Shown: positions 47,415 through 59,986 of the stretch, in pieces
Layout: each line of letters starts with the position of its first letter
Numbering within the stretch: the stretch's first letter is position 1
DNA from: Nemertoderma westbladi
Lineage: Eukaryota > Animalia > Xenacoelomorpha
Assembly: GCA_032718475.1 (NCBI GenBank)
Contig: JAUCBJ010006003.1
Span: 1-59,986, forward strand
DNA length: 59,986 bases
Reading direction: 5' to 3'
Notes under the pieces: generated by a model
Told to the model about the DNA's origin: nothing
The model's database searches: none
The model's input: the letters and a program-made list of their open reading frames with translations, nothing else
Program-made: the position numbers and the translations under genes

Positions 47415-49621
47415 GACACCTTGCGCGTGAAATACTTCAGACCTAACAGGTTGACACATTGTTACAGGGGGTGGTGGTATACCCCTTTGTATATTTACTA
47501 ATTTATCGCGTTCTAACGCGATACTCTGCTGCACTTCTTGCAGTTCTAACCTACCCTCTCTTACTGTTCCCTTTAACTGCTGCACAGTCCCTTCCATTTC
47601 TCAGACGTGCTGGGAGGAACGTAATCGATTTTCCTCCAATTATCCGAGCAGGAGATCCATCCCCCGCCGTCGCTCATCCACCCACTCTACCACCGAAGCG
47701 GGAGCCGCCAACATAGTAGCGGGTAGACGAGGGACGACGGGCGACAAATCATTGATGTCTCGCTCGGCGTCCAGGACTGGGACAGATTCAGGGGCTATTC
47801 TACTGGACACAGGTAGTTTAGTACTGTGCAAAGGGAATTTAGAGTTAGGTTCTGGAAGTACAGGGGTCTCTATTACAGAGGGGGTGGCTTCGAGAACAGG
47901 CCTAATTATTTCATGCTCATCTACTATAGTAGGGAGTCTTTCTACTCTAATAATTTGTTCTGTGTGCTCTGTACTACCTAAGTCTACACTAGCTAGTTGC
48001 CTTCTCACAGATGGGGGCAAATTAGGCAATTTCTGATGGTGGGGCGTTCTTCTACGACTGTTGGAACGAGATCTATTTCCTCCGCCTTTAGGATCTGTGG
48101 TATTGCCTTCATCAGATGATGTAAATCCCTGTCTCTTGGGAGTAGATCGACTTATCATCTGCACATCTGACTAGCTGTTATCTGTTTATTTAAGTAATCT
48201 TGCTTCTCTTGAAGATTTTCCAACTCTAGTTGGGCTGTCTCTTCAGATGCCCTCCGTTCCGCTTCTGCTACTGCCTCTGCCGCTTTTCTTTCCGCTTCTG
48301 CCGCTTTTCTTTCCGCTTCTGCCGCTGCAGCTGCCGCTTTTCTTTCCGCTTCTGCCGATGCAACTGCCGCTTTTCTTTCAACTTCTGCCGCCGCCGCTGC
48401 CGCTTTTCTTTCAGTTTCTGCCGCCGCTGATGCCGCTGCCTTTCTGTCTTCTATCTGCCTTTTCTTTAGCTGCTCTTCTTGGACCCTAACGATGCGGATT
48501 CTTTCATCAAATTTAGCTTGATCCGCTGCTAACCTTTCCGCATCTAACGAGTCTAGCACAAATTTGGCTCCCTCACTATTAGGGTGAAGTCCAGCTAGCC
48601 ATCTCCTTAACTCTTTGTCACCTATAAATCGTTGATAGTCCGACAGATAGATGTCAATGGCCTCCTTCTTCTGAGGTTTCTCTGATGTCGCTTCGCTTTC
48701 CACCTGAGAAAAGGTAGCGTGTGTTGATTCTCCGTGGGTCGTGCGCTCAGTTAGCTGAATTTTCCATTGGGTCGTTCCTTGGACTTTAAGACTCACCCGT
48801 TGGAACCAAGTCTTTATGGCAACTTGCAACGACGTGTCTTGGCTTCTCTTCGAGGCTTCCTCAAAGGCCGAAAGGATTAGTCTGATCCTTAATATTCGTT
48901 CTCGAACTTGATAAAGCAGCTCTCCCTGCTCTTGAGGTCCTTGGGGTTGTTGAAACAGTTGTTCCTCTAATCGCTCCAAAGAGCTGAAGAATCCCTGTAC
49001 ATATCCTGCTGCCGACCTCTTCCACACAGCTGGATCTCTAGTGTCCTTTACCACTCCCATCCTGTATAAGTCCTCCCAGGCAGCTTCAGATAAGTTAAAC
49101 GGGAGTCCGGGTCCGGGGAAGTTCCATTGCGTCTCGACAATAGACTTCAGTTCCTCCATTGTGTATCCCGCATAACTGTCCTTGGTCGATCGCTTACTTC
49201 TCGCCCAATCGATTTGATATTCCTCCACTGCAATCAATACCCTAGTGAGTACAGCTTCAGGAAGAATGAGAAGTGGATCCGAATAAACCGCTTCTGCCAT
49301 CTTTGCTCTGCGCTCGGGTGTCAACTCTACCGTATCTGAACTACTGGAGCTATCGGGCCGCTGAGAAATAAGTTCTCGGTTCGGGTGTTGCTGCTGTTTA
49401 ACAGCTGCCTCATGGTCCCGCTTGACTTGAGCCCGAGTGCCTATGATAGACCTACGGCGGTGCTCTACTAGCCTAGGGTCTGATACGACTACTGAAGGGA
49501 TGACCTTTCTTACAGTAGGAGGGGACTTGGACTTCGGTCTCAGATGTTCTGCACTCCTGTCTGAGTCGCAGACTGTTCTTTCTAGGAGACTATCTAACAG
49601 AGTTTGCTTTGTGTCAGCCAT
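47415..49621 (-). pseudogene. A3 gag N-terminal half; capsid core, Zn knuckles and protease deleted
   Basis: ORFs 48155..49621, 47640..48164, 47223..47597; 33-bp AAAAAAEAERK repeats at ~48255-48440; junction near 47415 joins FHAQGV to post-protease sequence. Confidence 0.87.
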
Positions 49622-51503
49622 GTTTGATTGTACAGTTGAATGCCTACTACTATAACGACAGTTAAAGTAAGTCTAGTAATTCAGTATCAACTGCAAGCCT
49701 AGTGATCAATTACCGATACCGTTACTCAATGTAACGCGATATATTTAATATATTAGAATACCGGTATACACTTATAGTATATATAAGTATTATTACAGAC
49801 TAGGATTTGTCACAGAATACCGGTATATAATTTCAGCATAAATTTATATAAATATATATAATAGGCCTACCGTAAATACCGGTATACAGCATACACTTAT
49901 AGTATATATAAGTATGATTATAGACGAGGATTAATTACAGAATACCGGTATATAATTTCAGCTTAAATTTATAGAAATAAATATAATAAGCCTATTGTAA
50001 ATACCGGTATGTCAATTATTTTATAATGACTGAATTTCTGAATTTTAGGGTTACTTTCCTTTACTTTATTGCTGTTATTAAGCAGTAGCTCAACTGATAC
50101 TAAGACCCAATTGATGTATAACAGGCCTACTATTTTATAAATCGGTTTGAGTTGATTTATAATATGTTCATATATACCCGTATAATGGGTTTTTGTCAAT
50201 GTTTGAAATAAATGTTATTATTTCTGGTAAGGAGACACTACACAGAAGCTGAACGCTCTCAGTGGAGTGCTACTTGTTGGACACTAAAACAAATAATTAT
50301 ACTTGACTAAGTTACTTATTACTACAAATTACATACAATTACTGTGTGAGATTACAATCTCTAAATAAACACCAAAATTACACATACAAATTTCAGGGTA
50401 ATTTTACAGGAAATCTACAAACCAGCCTAACAAGGGGCTAGAATTTCTGGTTCTTACAAACGGACAGGAAACTACGGTATTTGAAAATAATTAAGCAGTA
50501 GTAAATAAATTGCGTTGTCCAGATAAGAAAATACCACCGTCTGACGACTTATAGCCTTTAGCTCTACAGCTCTATAAGTACTACGTTATGTATCTGGAGT
50601 GTCCTTACCTAGAAGTTAATTACCGCAGTCAACCAGAGCTAACGTGCCTATTAACCACTTTACAACACAAATATACTGCCTACACACTAATTACCTTCGG
50701 AAAGTACTGTACACTAAACCCTAAATTAGGTACAAGTACTTATACAACAAATAACCAACAGTTAAATATACTTGTACAGCTAAAAGAACCACGGTATCTG
50801 CTGGAGTGACTAGAGCATAAAATCACCAGTCTTTACCTACGCCAAGCAGCCCTGATGTAGTACCTGGGTTAATTTAACTATAACGGTATGTATAACAAGC
50901 ACAATTACTGTAGGAATAAACCGTAGGTTGCGAATACTCGCATAGACTCTGAATAATAAATATTACACTACCCGTGCAGACTATACAAACAAAATACAGA
51001 CCAAACGCTGGCAGACTACTATCAAGCCTAAATAAACTACAGTATATGCAGACTCCGAAATGGTTAGTTAGTATGCGTTCTAACCTAGTAGTACAACTTA
51101 TTCTTTCGGGGGGATTTACCTTACAGCACTGGATGCCCCCACCTTCCTAACTAGTACTTTATCGGACATACACTCTACACACACTGCAATCTCTTCAGAC
51201 CCAACAACAGTCAGACAACAATCCAGCCTACAAATTATTTATACAATCTGAGCAGGCTTATACGCCTTCTGCTCAATATTACTTACAGATAAATAAAACT
51301 GACAGAAATAAGTAAAATCCCAATAAAAAACCAGGGCTGCAGTCCCTGATTAAATATCAAGACCTACCGGTATATAATTCTCAAAATCGAATAATACTGT
51401 TGTACCTGTAAGTACCGGTTCGGGCAGTTGGGCAGTTAGGCCTACAGCTTACCGTTCGACCGGTACCTTCGACTTTATTGCCTACGGTGCAATAAAGAAT
51501 CTG

Positions 51504-51514
51504 AAATCTATTAT
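51504..51514 (-). promoter_or_regulatory. A3 primer-binding position, self-complementary type (ATAATAGATTT)
   Basis: No TGG; 11/11 complementary to the LTR-internal 11-mer at 52347-52357. Confidence 0.75.
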
Positions 51515-52770
51515 TGTTCGCGCTTTCAGACCTTTAGCAGTTTAACCTGCCAATTTTAGGTGTCCTCTTGTTTATAAATCGACTTTAGCCTATAACAATT
51601 ATTTAATGCACATGAAGTAACATTAGCCGACGCCAGTCTATGCGCGATCATTCACCCACAGTTAAGGGAGACTGGGTTCGGGTGCTTTGAAGTTATTGCG
51701 TTGCAGACCTACTGTATTATTCGATTGATTGTTACTATATAATCTCTGACAATATTATTATTCACTTTCGGGGAAATATTAACAGTTCCTTTAGGACGTG
51801 GCGCAATGACTTATACTAAACACAACGGGATGGCTACTGATTTTCGTAAATAGCGCATTCTTTAGGACATGCTTTATTATCTGTCACACTGCTGCATACG
51901 ACTTCACGCTGCTGCACACTGATCTGCCGACCGTCACTGAATTTGACCATATATAAGGAGGATAGCAACTGACACATGTAGGGATTATGAAATAGCATTT
52001 AATTCACACTAAAACCACTATAATGTAAGTCGCAATTGCTACCGGTAACCGGTCTCTCTTACCTTCAGTAATCAAGAAGATTGGGGGTTTTATGATTATT
52101 TATCGGTATTCTCCAAATATAACAACATATCCATCAACATATAACAATTAATAACAGACAGTAAACAGCAGTAAAATAATGCGGTGAATAGGATTGAGTG
52201 AGTGCAGTTTGCAGTTTGCACAGTTTGGAGTTGTTTCATCAGATGTTATGGTTTGTTGCACAGTTGCACAGTGCAGTCGTAATGCATTGATTGCCAGTTG
52301 ACAGGATGTCGGTAGGTGCCGAGTTAGTAGATGCAGCCAGGTGCAGATAATAGATTTACGTTCTTATAATCAACGCCGTCTAATGTTGGCCAAAGTCTGA
52401 AACCTCTACAGAACCACAGAAAAATAATTTCCAAGCCGATGTTCTGAGGCTCAGAAAAGGTAAACAAAAACCGTTATGCATTGCGCGGTTTTCCGTAGGC
52501 CTCTGTACAAGATAAAATGAAAATCTTTCTGATTGGCCGAGCCTGAACAAAGAGAGGCTCCACGTGTACAGTAAATCAGCTGACAGATTTCGTCATCGGA
52601 GTTCCAGTCTTTTAGAGTATTAGGCGTATTGCGGCAGAAAATGGCTTGTTATGTCCGCTAAAACACCTACAGGGTACATTGCGGAGAAAATGGCTTGTTA
52701 TGTCCGCTAAAACAACTACACAGTTCATTGCGGAGAAAAATGACTTGTTATATCCGCAAAAGCTTTTACA
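51515..52770 (-). repeat. A3 5' LTR (1256 bp)
   Basis: tgttcgcgc...gcttttaca followed by TSD AGACA; ~51-bp U3 repeats at ~52630-52760. Confidence 0.96.
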
Positions 52771-52989
52771 AGACATGCTGTATGAATCAATACTAGAAAT
52801 TATTATTAGAATAACCATGATACACTTTTAACTATTCCCTATAATTTTCTATTCTATAAAATATATTAATATAACCTCTGTATTCGACAGCCATATTATA
52901 TAATTCGTATTCATCAATTTTATATTTTAAAACTATTTATTTCTTGATAGGCAACTTTATTTTAATTAATAATCTTTAGTGTAATTAAA

Positions 52990-53262
52990 AACATGCGATT
53001 CACATGGGAATTAACGCATGATATTCTCATGGTGTAAAACATGCGTAAAATAAGCGTTAAATGAGGTGTGATTCGCATGCGATTTTCATGCACGGAATCA
53101 CACGCGTAAAATAAGTTGTGAATCGCATGCGTGGAATCGCTTCCTTATTTTACATGTGAATCATATGCGAATCACAAGAGTTTATCGCTATTTATTGAGC
53201 CGCAATAAAAACGCATGACGTTTTAAAATCACTTGCGATACGCATGCGCATTTTTCACTGGG
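52990..53262. mobile_element. Possible DNA-transposon terminus rich in gcatgcgattc/gaatcgcatgc motifs
   Basis: Many short direct and inverted copies of one motif ending ...tttttcactggg; partner end not found. Confidence 0.3.
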
Positions 53263-53610
53263 AAGTACCTAACTGATCTAGACTTTCTAGACTTTAATCG
53301 GAAACTTAAGGTCCGATTATCTAGAGCAGCAGTAGTTCCAGTACTCCTCTATGGGAGTCCATGCTGGGCTCTAACTGCTGAGGACACCAAATCTCTGGAT
53401 GGCACATTCACAAGAATGCTACGCCGGGTTCATTGTGTCAAGTACAATGCACACATCTCCAACCAGACACTATATAACATTGGAGGTGTCTCATTGGTTC
53501 CCCCAAGCTTGACACTATAACAAAATCGCCTCCGCATTACTTGACATTGCTTTCGCCGTGAGGACCAGCTAGTGCATAATCTTGTACTTTGGCAGCCTCA
53601 TGGAGGCGTA
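53263..53610 (+). pseudogene. RTE-like non-LTR retrotransposon ORF C-terminal fragment
   Basis: LKVRLSRAAVVPVLLYGSPCWAL..SLDGTFTRMLRRV..AHISNQTLY, then RLR..HCFRRE..LVLWQP. Confidence 0.8.
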
Positions 53611-54486
53611 GTCGGCGTAGCGTTTATCCAAGTAACATAAAGGACCCCCTTGGTAATAAGCTGCAAAGCTTTAGGGGTAATCCTATATGTTATGTTGAAC
53701 AATACCTTTATACCAGTACATTGTTTGGTGTATTTGTTATTGTTTTTACATAATGTATAAATAAATCTATCTATCGTTTACACCCCTTAATGTAGTATAT
53801 GATGCAGTATAAATTATTTCTAAGCTTTTTACCTACAATTATACTGTTCTATGTTCTATAGTGATACCGGTGATTGATACAGTAGCCTAGGAGAACAGCA
53901 GCGGAGATACCGGTAGCAGGGAACCTAAAATCATAAATTTCATGCGACATAAAATGTCCAAATCAGCGGACATAAGAAGTGATTTTAACGGACAAAAAAA
54001 TTATTGTGTAAATAAACACAACAAAACCCAGTGCAGTATAGCAACATCAGTAGGCCTAGGGGTTATCGATCATATGCGTACCTCTGGCAAAATAAGCAGG
54101 TTACAGTGGTGGTGTTTTCTAACCAAAACAATAAACTAATCTCCATTACTTAATTAACGGAAAGGAGCAGGTTACAGTGGTGGGCTTTTCTAACCAAAAC
54201 AATAAACAATATCTCAATAACATAGGGTATTTCATACTTATAGTCTTTTTGCAATACGAAAATACCAGAGGTACGCATATGAACTATAACTGGCCTAGGC
54301 CCTACTGCAGCATGCCTAGATCCGACTACAGACTAACCGGACCGGTAACCGGTACTTACATCATACATAATTACATACCTGCATACATACATACATAGCC
54401 AATCGATCTGTCTGTCTGCAAGTCTGTCTGCAACTTGCTGCCTTGTTCATCAGTCAGTCAGTCAGTCAGTAAGTGGAACCGACGCA

Positions 54487-56961
54487 ATGGCTATAGTTGG
54501 TGGTGGCGACTTTAATATGGGACAGATTCCTCATAAACCCGGTCCTTTGAAACAACAAAACAAACAACATAAAACCGGACGTCATTGTAGCAAGCGAATG
54601 TCCGAGTCGGCAACCGGTGGGAAGGTCGATGCCAAATCCGTGACGAAACGAAACAAAAGAGAATTAAACAAACAGCAACGCAAACACCAGGCTGCCCAGA
54701 TCCGTAAAAATAAACGCGAAAAGGTAATAGCGATTAAGCGTAGTGTAGGTGGCGTTAACTCAGCACCTCTTGTGGTTCTAGTTGTGCCACTAAACGGATC
54801 TGTAGACACTAAATCCTTCACCGAATCGCTTTTATTATCGGACGACAGCCACTCCATTAAACCCATCGATCACCTTCCCAACTCCCTCACATTTTACTCT
54901 TCGCGCCTCAAACAGTGCATTTCTATAATACATTGTATTCATGGAAATAATTACACTGTTCTGGAAGGTTTTAGAATTTGCGACACCGTTATTTTCATTG
55001 GTCAGGCCTCTGAGAATTTCAGTGACTTCGGGTTATTTGCTATTAATTGCGTCCTTTATTTAGGTCTACCGACTTCTCTTTACTGCGTCCAGGGTCTCCA
55101 AGAGGTTCAATTAAAAAAACGAGCTGATTTGAAAAAATCTATTCAAAAACAACTCGAGAAAAAGGTACCTAAAATAGAACGGCTGTATTCCGTTGACACC
55201 GCCTCAGAGGTTTCTATCCTACTGGCGAATTTGAGTTCACATAAGCAGAAAGTGATTAAACATCGGGGCCTTAGGAGTTACATCTGGGCTCAAAAGGTTG
55301 AGGTGTTGGATGGAGGAGAGTCTAGTGGGGGTAGCGAGATGGTTAGTGAATCCAATGATTGTTGTACTTTGAAACTCACTGGGTTCGTTCGCGGTCGAGG
55401 GTTGTCGGTTAACCAGTTGATTAATCTACCCGGGGCTGGAGAGTTCCAGTTGTCTGGGTTGGAGTTGCTAAGCGGTTCACCGCCCGCTAGTGGGTCTGTT
55501 AGCGGGTCTATTGGCGGGTTAATCCGTCCCGATCCAGCCAAACAGGAGAGTCTGATGGCGGAAGCTGAGGTGGATCCGTTGGGAGGGGAGCAGACGTGGC
55601 CGACGGTGGCGGAGATGGAGGAAGCGGAGACACGGCGGGTTCCTAGGGGGACTAGTGAGTACCAGGCCGCGTGGGTGGGGGCGGAGGTGGATGGGAGCAG
55701 TGGAGAGGGGAGCGGTGGTGAGGGGAGCAGTGGAGAGGGGAGCAGTGGGGAGGGGAGCAGTGGGGAGGAGGATGAGTGGGTACCTACGCGGGGTATAGAA
55801 CCCACTGATGATGTGTCTGAGGAAGCCGGTACCGTATCGAGCGAGGAGGAGACCATGGGATTCCAACTGGAGTCCGACTACGAGGTTGATCCACATGACG
55901 ACGAACCCTACGAGCGCTACAAACAGGAGCGACTCGACTCGATGTTCCCCGACGAGGTTGACACCCCCCGGGACATCCCGGCCCGGGTTCGATTCGCTAA
56001 GTTCCGAGGGTTGAAGAGTTTCCGCACCTCCCACTGGGACCCCAAAGAGAATCTCCCGTCCGATTATTCTAGAATATTTAAGTTCGATAACTTTACTCGC
56101 TTCCGACGACATGTCGTCGCTACTTCGGGCGCCACTGAGGCGTCTGTAGGTTCCTACGCCGCCACTGTGGCGGCTGTAGGTTCCTACGTTACTATCTACG
56201 TAGACAAGGTTCCCAGGAGTTACTGCGACAGTCTGGAACCACAAGTCCCTTTAGTAACCCAAGGGTTACTGCCGCACGAGCGGAAGATGTCGGTAGTAAA
56301 CCTGTTGGTAAAACGAACTGAGTTCTATAAAGACCCGATCAGGTCTAAAGAGTCTATGATCTTTGTTATCGGAGGCCGTAGATTGGAGGCGGCGCCTATC
56401 TACTCGCAGCACACCCTCGGTAACAAACACAAGTTGGAGCGGTTCTTTAGAGCGGGGGACACCGTAGTCGCGACGCTGTTCGCCCCGGTTACCTTCCCAC
56501 CCGCTCCCGTTCTTATGTTTAAACCCCCCGAGGAGGTCGACGGCGGGTTGACTCTGGTCGCCTCCGGCTCGGTTCTATCGGTCGACCCCGATCGCGTCGT
56601 CGTTAAACGTTTGGTGCTCAGCGGCCATCCCTTCAAGGTAAATAAGCGCCACGCCGTGGTTCGCTACATGTTCTTTAATCCCGCGGATATCAACTGGTTT
56701 AAACCGGTGGAGTTGCGCACCAAATGGGGCAGACGGGGCCACATCGCGGAGCCCCTGGGGACCCACGGACACATGAAGTGTTTGTTCGACAAACAGCTGA
56801 GCTCCCAGGACACGGTCCTTATGAATCTATATAAACGGGTCTACCCGAAGTGGAACTATAACAGTTCGGTCGCCTCCCGACCCATCGATGTCCCCAACAT
56901 ACCCTCCAGCAGGTTATATAGATCAAACAGCCAACTTTCATTAGAATCAATGCAGTTATAG
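54487..56961 (+). CDS. TSR1: Pre-rRNA-processing protein TSR1 homolog, intronless (start may be 54517)
   Basis: HKPGPLKQQNKQHKTGRH N-terminus, GEQTWPT, RVPRGTSEYQAAW, FPDEVDTP..PARVRFAKFRGLKSFRTS.WDPKENLP, WFKPVELRTKWGRRGHI.EPLGTHGHMKC, LYKRVYPKW. Confidence 0.97.
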   Translation: MAIVGGGDFNMGQIPHKPGPLKQQNKQHKTGRHCSKRMSESATGGKVDAKSVTKRNKRELNKQQRKHQAAQIRKNKREKVIAIKRSVGGVNSAPLVVLVVPLNGSVDTKSFTESLLLSDDSHSIKPIDHLPNSLTFYSSRLKQCISIIHCIHGNNYTVLEGFRICDTVIFIGQASENFSDFGLFAINCVLYLGLPTSLYCVQGLQEVQLKKRADLKKSIQKQLEKKVPKIERLYSVDTASEVSILLANLSSHKQKVIKHRGLRSYIWAQKVEVLDGGESSGGSEMVSESNDCCTLKLTGFVRGRGLSVNQLINLPGAGEFQLSGLELLSGSPPASGSVSGSIGGLIRPDPAKQESLMAEAEVDPLGGEQTWPTVAEMEEAETRRVPRGTSEYQAAWVGAEVDGSSGEGSGGEGSSGEGSSGEGSSGEEDEWVPTRGIEPTDDVSEEAGTVSSEEETMGFQLESDYEVDPHDDEPYERYKQERLDSMFPDEVDTPRDIPARVRFAKFRGLKSFRTSHWDPKENLPSDYSRIFKFDNFTRFRRHVVATSGATEASVGSYAATVAAVGSYVTIYVDKVPRSYCDSLEPQVPLVTQGLLPHERKMSVVNLLVKRTEFYKDPIRSKESMIFVIGGRRLEAAPIYSQHTLGNKHKLERFFRAGDTVVATLFAPVTFPPAPVLMFKPPEEVDGGLTLVASGSVLSVDPDRVVVKRLVLSGHPFKVNKRHAVVRYMFFNPADINWFKPVELRTKWGRRGHIAEPLGTHGHMKCLFDKQLSSQDTVLMNLYKRVYPKWNYNSSVASRPIDVPNIPSSRLYRSNSQLSLESMQL

Positions 56962-57140
56962 ATTTACTTTCGGTTTAGGTAGAGTGGAAGGCGTTATTCT
57001 GTTGTTACTATGGAAATGATTATGTTGTAACAGTCAGATTAATAAGTTATGAACCCGTTAATGGGTAAATCTTTACGCTTTTGTATTCTTATCAAATGGA
57101 GAGAATGGGGGGGGGGGGGGGTCTAGAGTTATTATTAACC

Positions 57141-59986
57141 CAAGGTGTACTAAATAACAGGTCATGCAGCGAGAATTGGCCTCCAATTATTGGAGGCTGA
57201 ACATTTTTATTAAAGTGGGAGTGTGTATACCTAAGATTTTAAATCACACAAGATTACTAAAATTACGCATCAGCTAGTGCAGCACTCAGGCAGTGCTCTC
57301 TCTGTACCAGTTTGCGCTGTTGTGTATAACAGTACCGGTACTCAGGCAGTCAGGCACCTGTTGCTGATATAACAGTATAATGAATTTCAGCTTTCTGGCT
57401 TTTACTGTTTCATTACAGCAATAGGCCTAGCCTAACAGTTCTGCGGCTAATTAGCTAATTAATAAAGTCATAAAGTAGACAGGTTAGCGGGTACGGGGTG
57501 GGTAGGCCGAAAGTAGGCATGGCTTATTGAATAGCTAGCTGCCTTAAAGTAAATTCTGATATTGCTGTATTCCTGTATTCTGGTTGTCGCAATTTGTATA
57601 ATTGTATAAGGCCGAGTTGATATTGAATATGCCGAGGAAATGTAGTGTTGGAGGTTGCCGAACTGGATACGATAAACTCAAGGATGGAACTCTAGGAGCA
57701 GGGGAGACAAAAATTCCAATATATCGCTTTCCAACTGATCCACTTGCATTGCAAGCCTGGTTGCAACGCCTATCGAATATCGTTAAGCCTAAGTTAAGTT
57801 ATAAGCTCCACATAAGTTCCTTATGTGGAGTGAGCTTGAGGAACTCATACGATTTATTAAACATGACCAGGAAGAGAAAGAAGATGATGAAACTAATCGT
57901 TCCAAATGGAACTTTATCCTTCATCAAATAGAATTACTTAATATTCCGAAAAATCGTCGAATTTATTCGAGGTATGATTTAATTACCGCGTTTCACTTGT
58001 ATTCTAAATCTCGTCGATTATACATTGAATTGAGAGACTTGCTACAACTGCCGTCAATACGCACCCTGCAAGCGCTAACTTCTATGGTGAGCAATGTCCC
58101 TCAAAACGATTACATTAAATCAATGTTAGCGAAACTTCAACCTCGATCAAAGTACTCAATTATATTAATCGATGAAGTCTATGTTAGTGAACAATTGACC
58201 TACCACAGTGGAGAGGTTTACGGCAAGGCTCTTGACAAACCCGACGAAATGGCGAAGACTCTTTTGTGTCTCATGGTGAAGTTTTTGTTCACGAACATCA
58301 AGTTTGTTGTAAAAATGATACCAATTAATTCGCTAGATTCTGCATTCCAAGTGACCGTTGTAAAGAATGCCATTAATTCGATCGAAGAATTTGGGGGTAT
58401 TGTATTGGCAACTATTACTGACAACACTAATGTGAATCGTAAGTTTGCGCACGATTTTCCTATTCCGGTTGGACGATCCCCGCCAACCCCGTTATTACAC
58501 CTGAAGGATACCGTGCATCTCCTTAAATTGATTAGAAATAACTGGATAACGGAAAAATTACAGAAACTTGAATTTTTTGATCCTGATGATGTTTCAAAAA
58601 CAACTCGATGTGCCTGTTGGTCAGATATTGTTCTACTATTTAATGCTGAGAAAACCAACTTGTTGAAACTTACAAAACTTAATCACGATTCGGTTTGGCC
58701 GACTTCAATACAGCGACAAAATGTCAAACTGTGCCTGCGTGTATTCAACGAGAAGACAGTAGCTGCGCTGCGTATTCTCAGTCTATCTTCTACCACCGCG
58801 GATACTGCTTTATTTATAGAAATTGTTCTAAAGTGGTGGAAGGTTGTTAATGTTAAAACAACTTTCGAGGCAATTCGCTTCAACGATTTAGATCGTAAAG
58901 TTATTGATAGGGTAGACCATCCAAGTCTTTTATTTTTATCGAAAATGTCTGTATTATTTGGATTTATGGGTAGCAAACCGCGGGTTATTACTCATAAAGT
59001 TGTTAAACCCAGAGTCTGTAAACCTCCAGCCAAGCGGCGATTAGTGGGAAGGTGTTCATTGCAAAATGTTATTCCTGGCAGAACAACCCGAATATCCAAG
59101 CAACAAAAACGCATTTCTAACAAGCGGTTTAAATGCCTTACCAGGCAAACATCCCTCGGGTTAGTTGAAACTTGTAAAGGAATGATAGAACTCGCAGAAT
59201 TCCTACTCACCACTGATCTCCCAGTAAGGCACAAATATGTCTGTCTTAATTTCTTCCAAGACGATGATTTGGAAGGATATTTTGGTCATATACGGCAATC
59301 GCATGGGGGAAATTATTATCTAGCTGTTCAACAATTTGTAGAGACGCACCGTATTGACTCAGCTAGCTTATACCTGAGATTGGATTTGAATATTGATCTT
59401 GGTGAACAGGGCCATAATTGCGGTTCATGCAATATTGAATTGACAGATGCCGACGATACCATTATTGCTTGTTTGAGCGATGTTACTCCAGCTCATCTAC
59501 ATAGCTCAGTCGAGAGTTTATCCATTGTTTATATGGCTGGGTATATTGCAAAATCTTTTCCGCAATACAAGATAGGATTCGACTCCATACCACAGGAATA
59601 CACCCAGCAATATTTATTTATTACCGAGCTAAATAGAGGAGGTCTTTCTTACCCATCAGATGAACTATTTTTTTATTGTTATTTATGCACGAAATTTTAT
59701 CGCAGTTCCATTACTAAATTTTGCCGAAAGAGTCTGATTGGTGCTTTAACAAAAATTTCAAATACATATTCAAGAGATTCCCAATTCCCTGATTCCCTGT
59801 TGCGAAAAATTTCTAACATATTGTTTAGTAATTTTTGCAAATTCTCCACCCCCTTACGAAAAATATCGAATGTGAAAGTGCCTTCAAAAATAAAAAAGCT
59901 GCAGTAATTGTTTTCTACTTAAACTGAATATAACTTGTGCTTTAAATTTATATGTATTATTTTATTATAGTTTTAGTATTAATAGT
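57141..59986 (+). mobile_element. P-element superfamily DNA transposon (right end outside the window)
   Basis: THAP + P-type transposase; left end tentatively CAAGGTGTACTAAATAACAG at 57141. Confidence 0.65.
57629..59907 (+). CDS. THAP9/P-element-like transposase; THAP N-terminus is out of frame with the 694-aa catalytic ORF
   Basis: MPRKCSVGGC..YRFPTD...AWL (truncated THAP); ORF 57823..59907 with LPSIRTL, LIDEVY, ITDN, DTVHLLKLIRNNW, RQNVKL, QDDDLEGYFGHIRQSHGGNY, YMAGYI, NRGGLSYPS. Confidence 0.88.

Larger units (their letters stand above)
24156..52770 (-). mobile_element. BEL/Pao LTR retrotransposon A3 (host of B and the MITE)
   Basis: LTRs 24156-25511 and 51515-52770; TSD AGACA at 24151-24155 and 52771-52775; PPT 25512-25519. 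Confidence 0.97.

Overview
Left end of a eukaryotic (probably invertebrate animal) chromosome. A (CCCTAA)n telomere (1-329) abuts a ~52 kb stack of nested LTR retrotransposons, labelled here A1, A2 and A3 (one BEL/Pao family), B (a second BEL/Pao family) and C (a probable LTR element cut off by the telomere). LTRs and 5-bp TSDs resolve the nesting. Smaller insertions are a Harbinger-type MITE, a tRNA-like + hammerhead-ribozyme element with a 13-bp TSD, and a tiny retro-insertion. The stack is followed by an RTE LINE fragment, an intronless TSR1 gene and a P-element/THAP9-like transposon. Main observation: no BEL element with an intact 5' LTR has a TGG tRNA primer-binding site next to it. Instead, the 11 nt after each 5' LTR are complementary to an 11-mer inside that same LTR, with compensatory changes between A2 and A3 and a different sequence in family B. 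This resembles Tf1-style self-priming, which I know from Ty3/Gypsy chromoviruses rather than BEL/Pao. Family B also carries an extra DEDDy 3'-5' exonuclease + zinc-knuckle ORF, and a 2.5 kb duplication is joined by a telomere-repeat insertion. All comparisons were made by eye; nothing was searched against databases.
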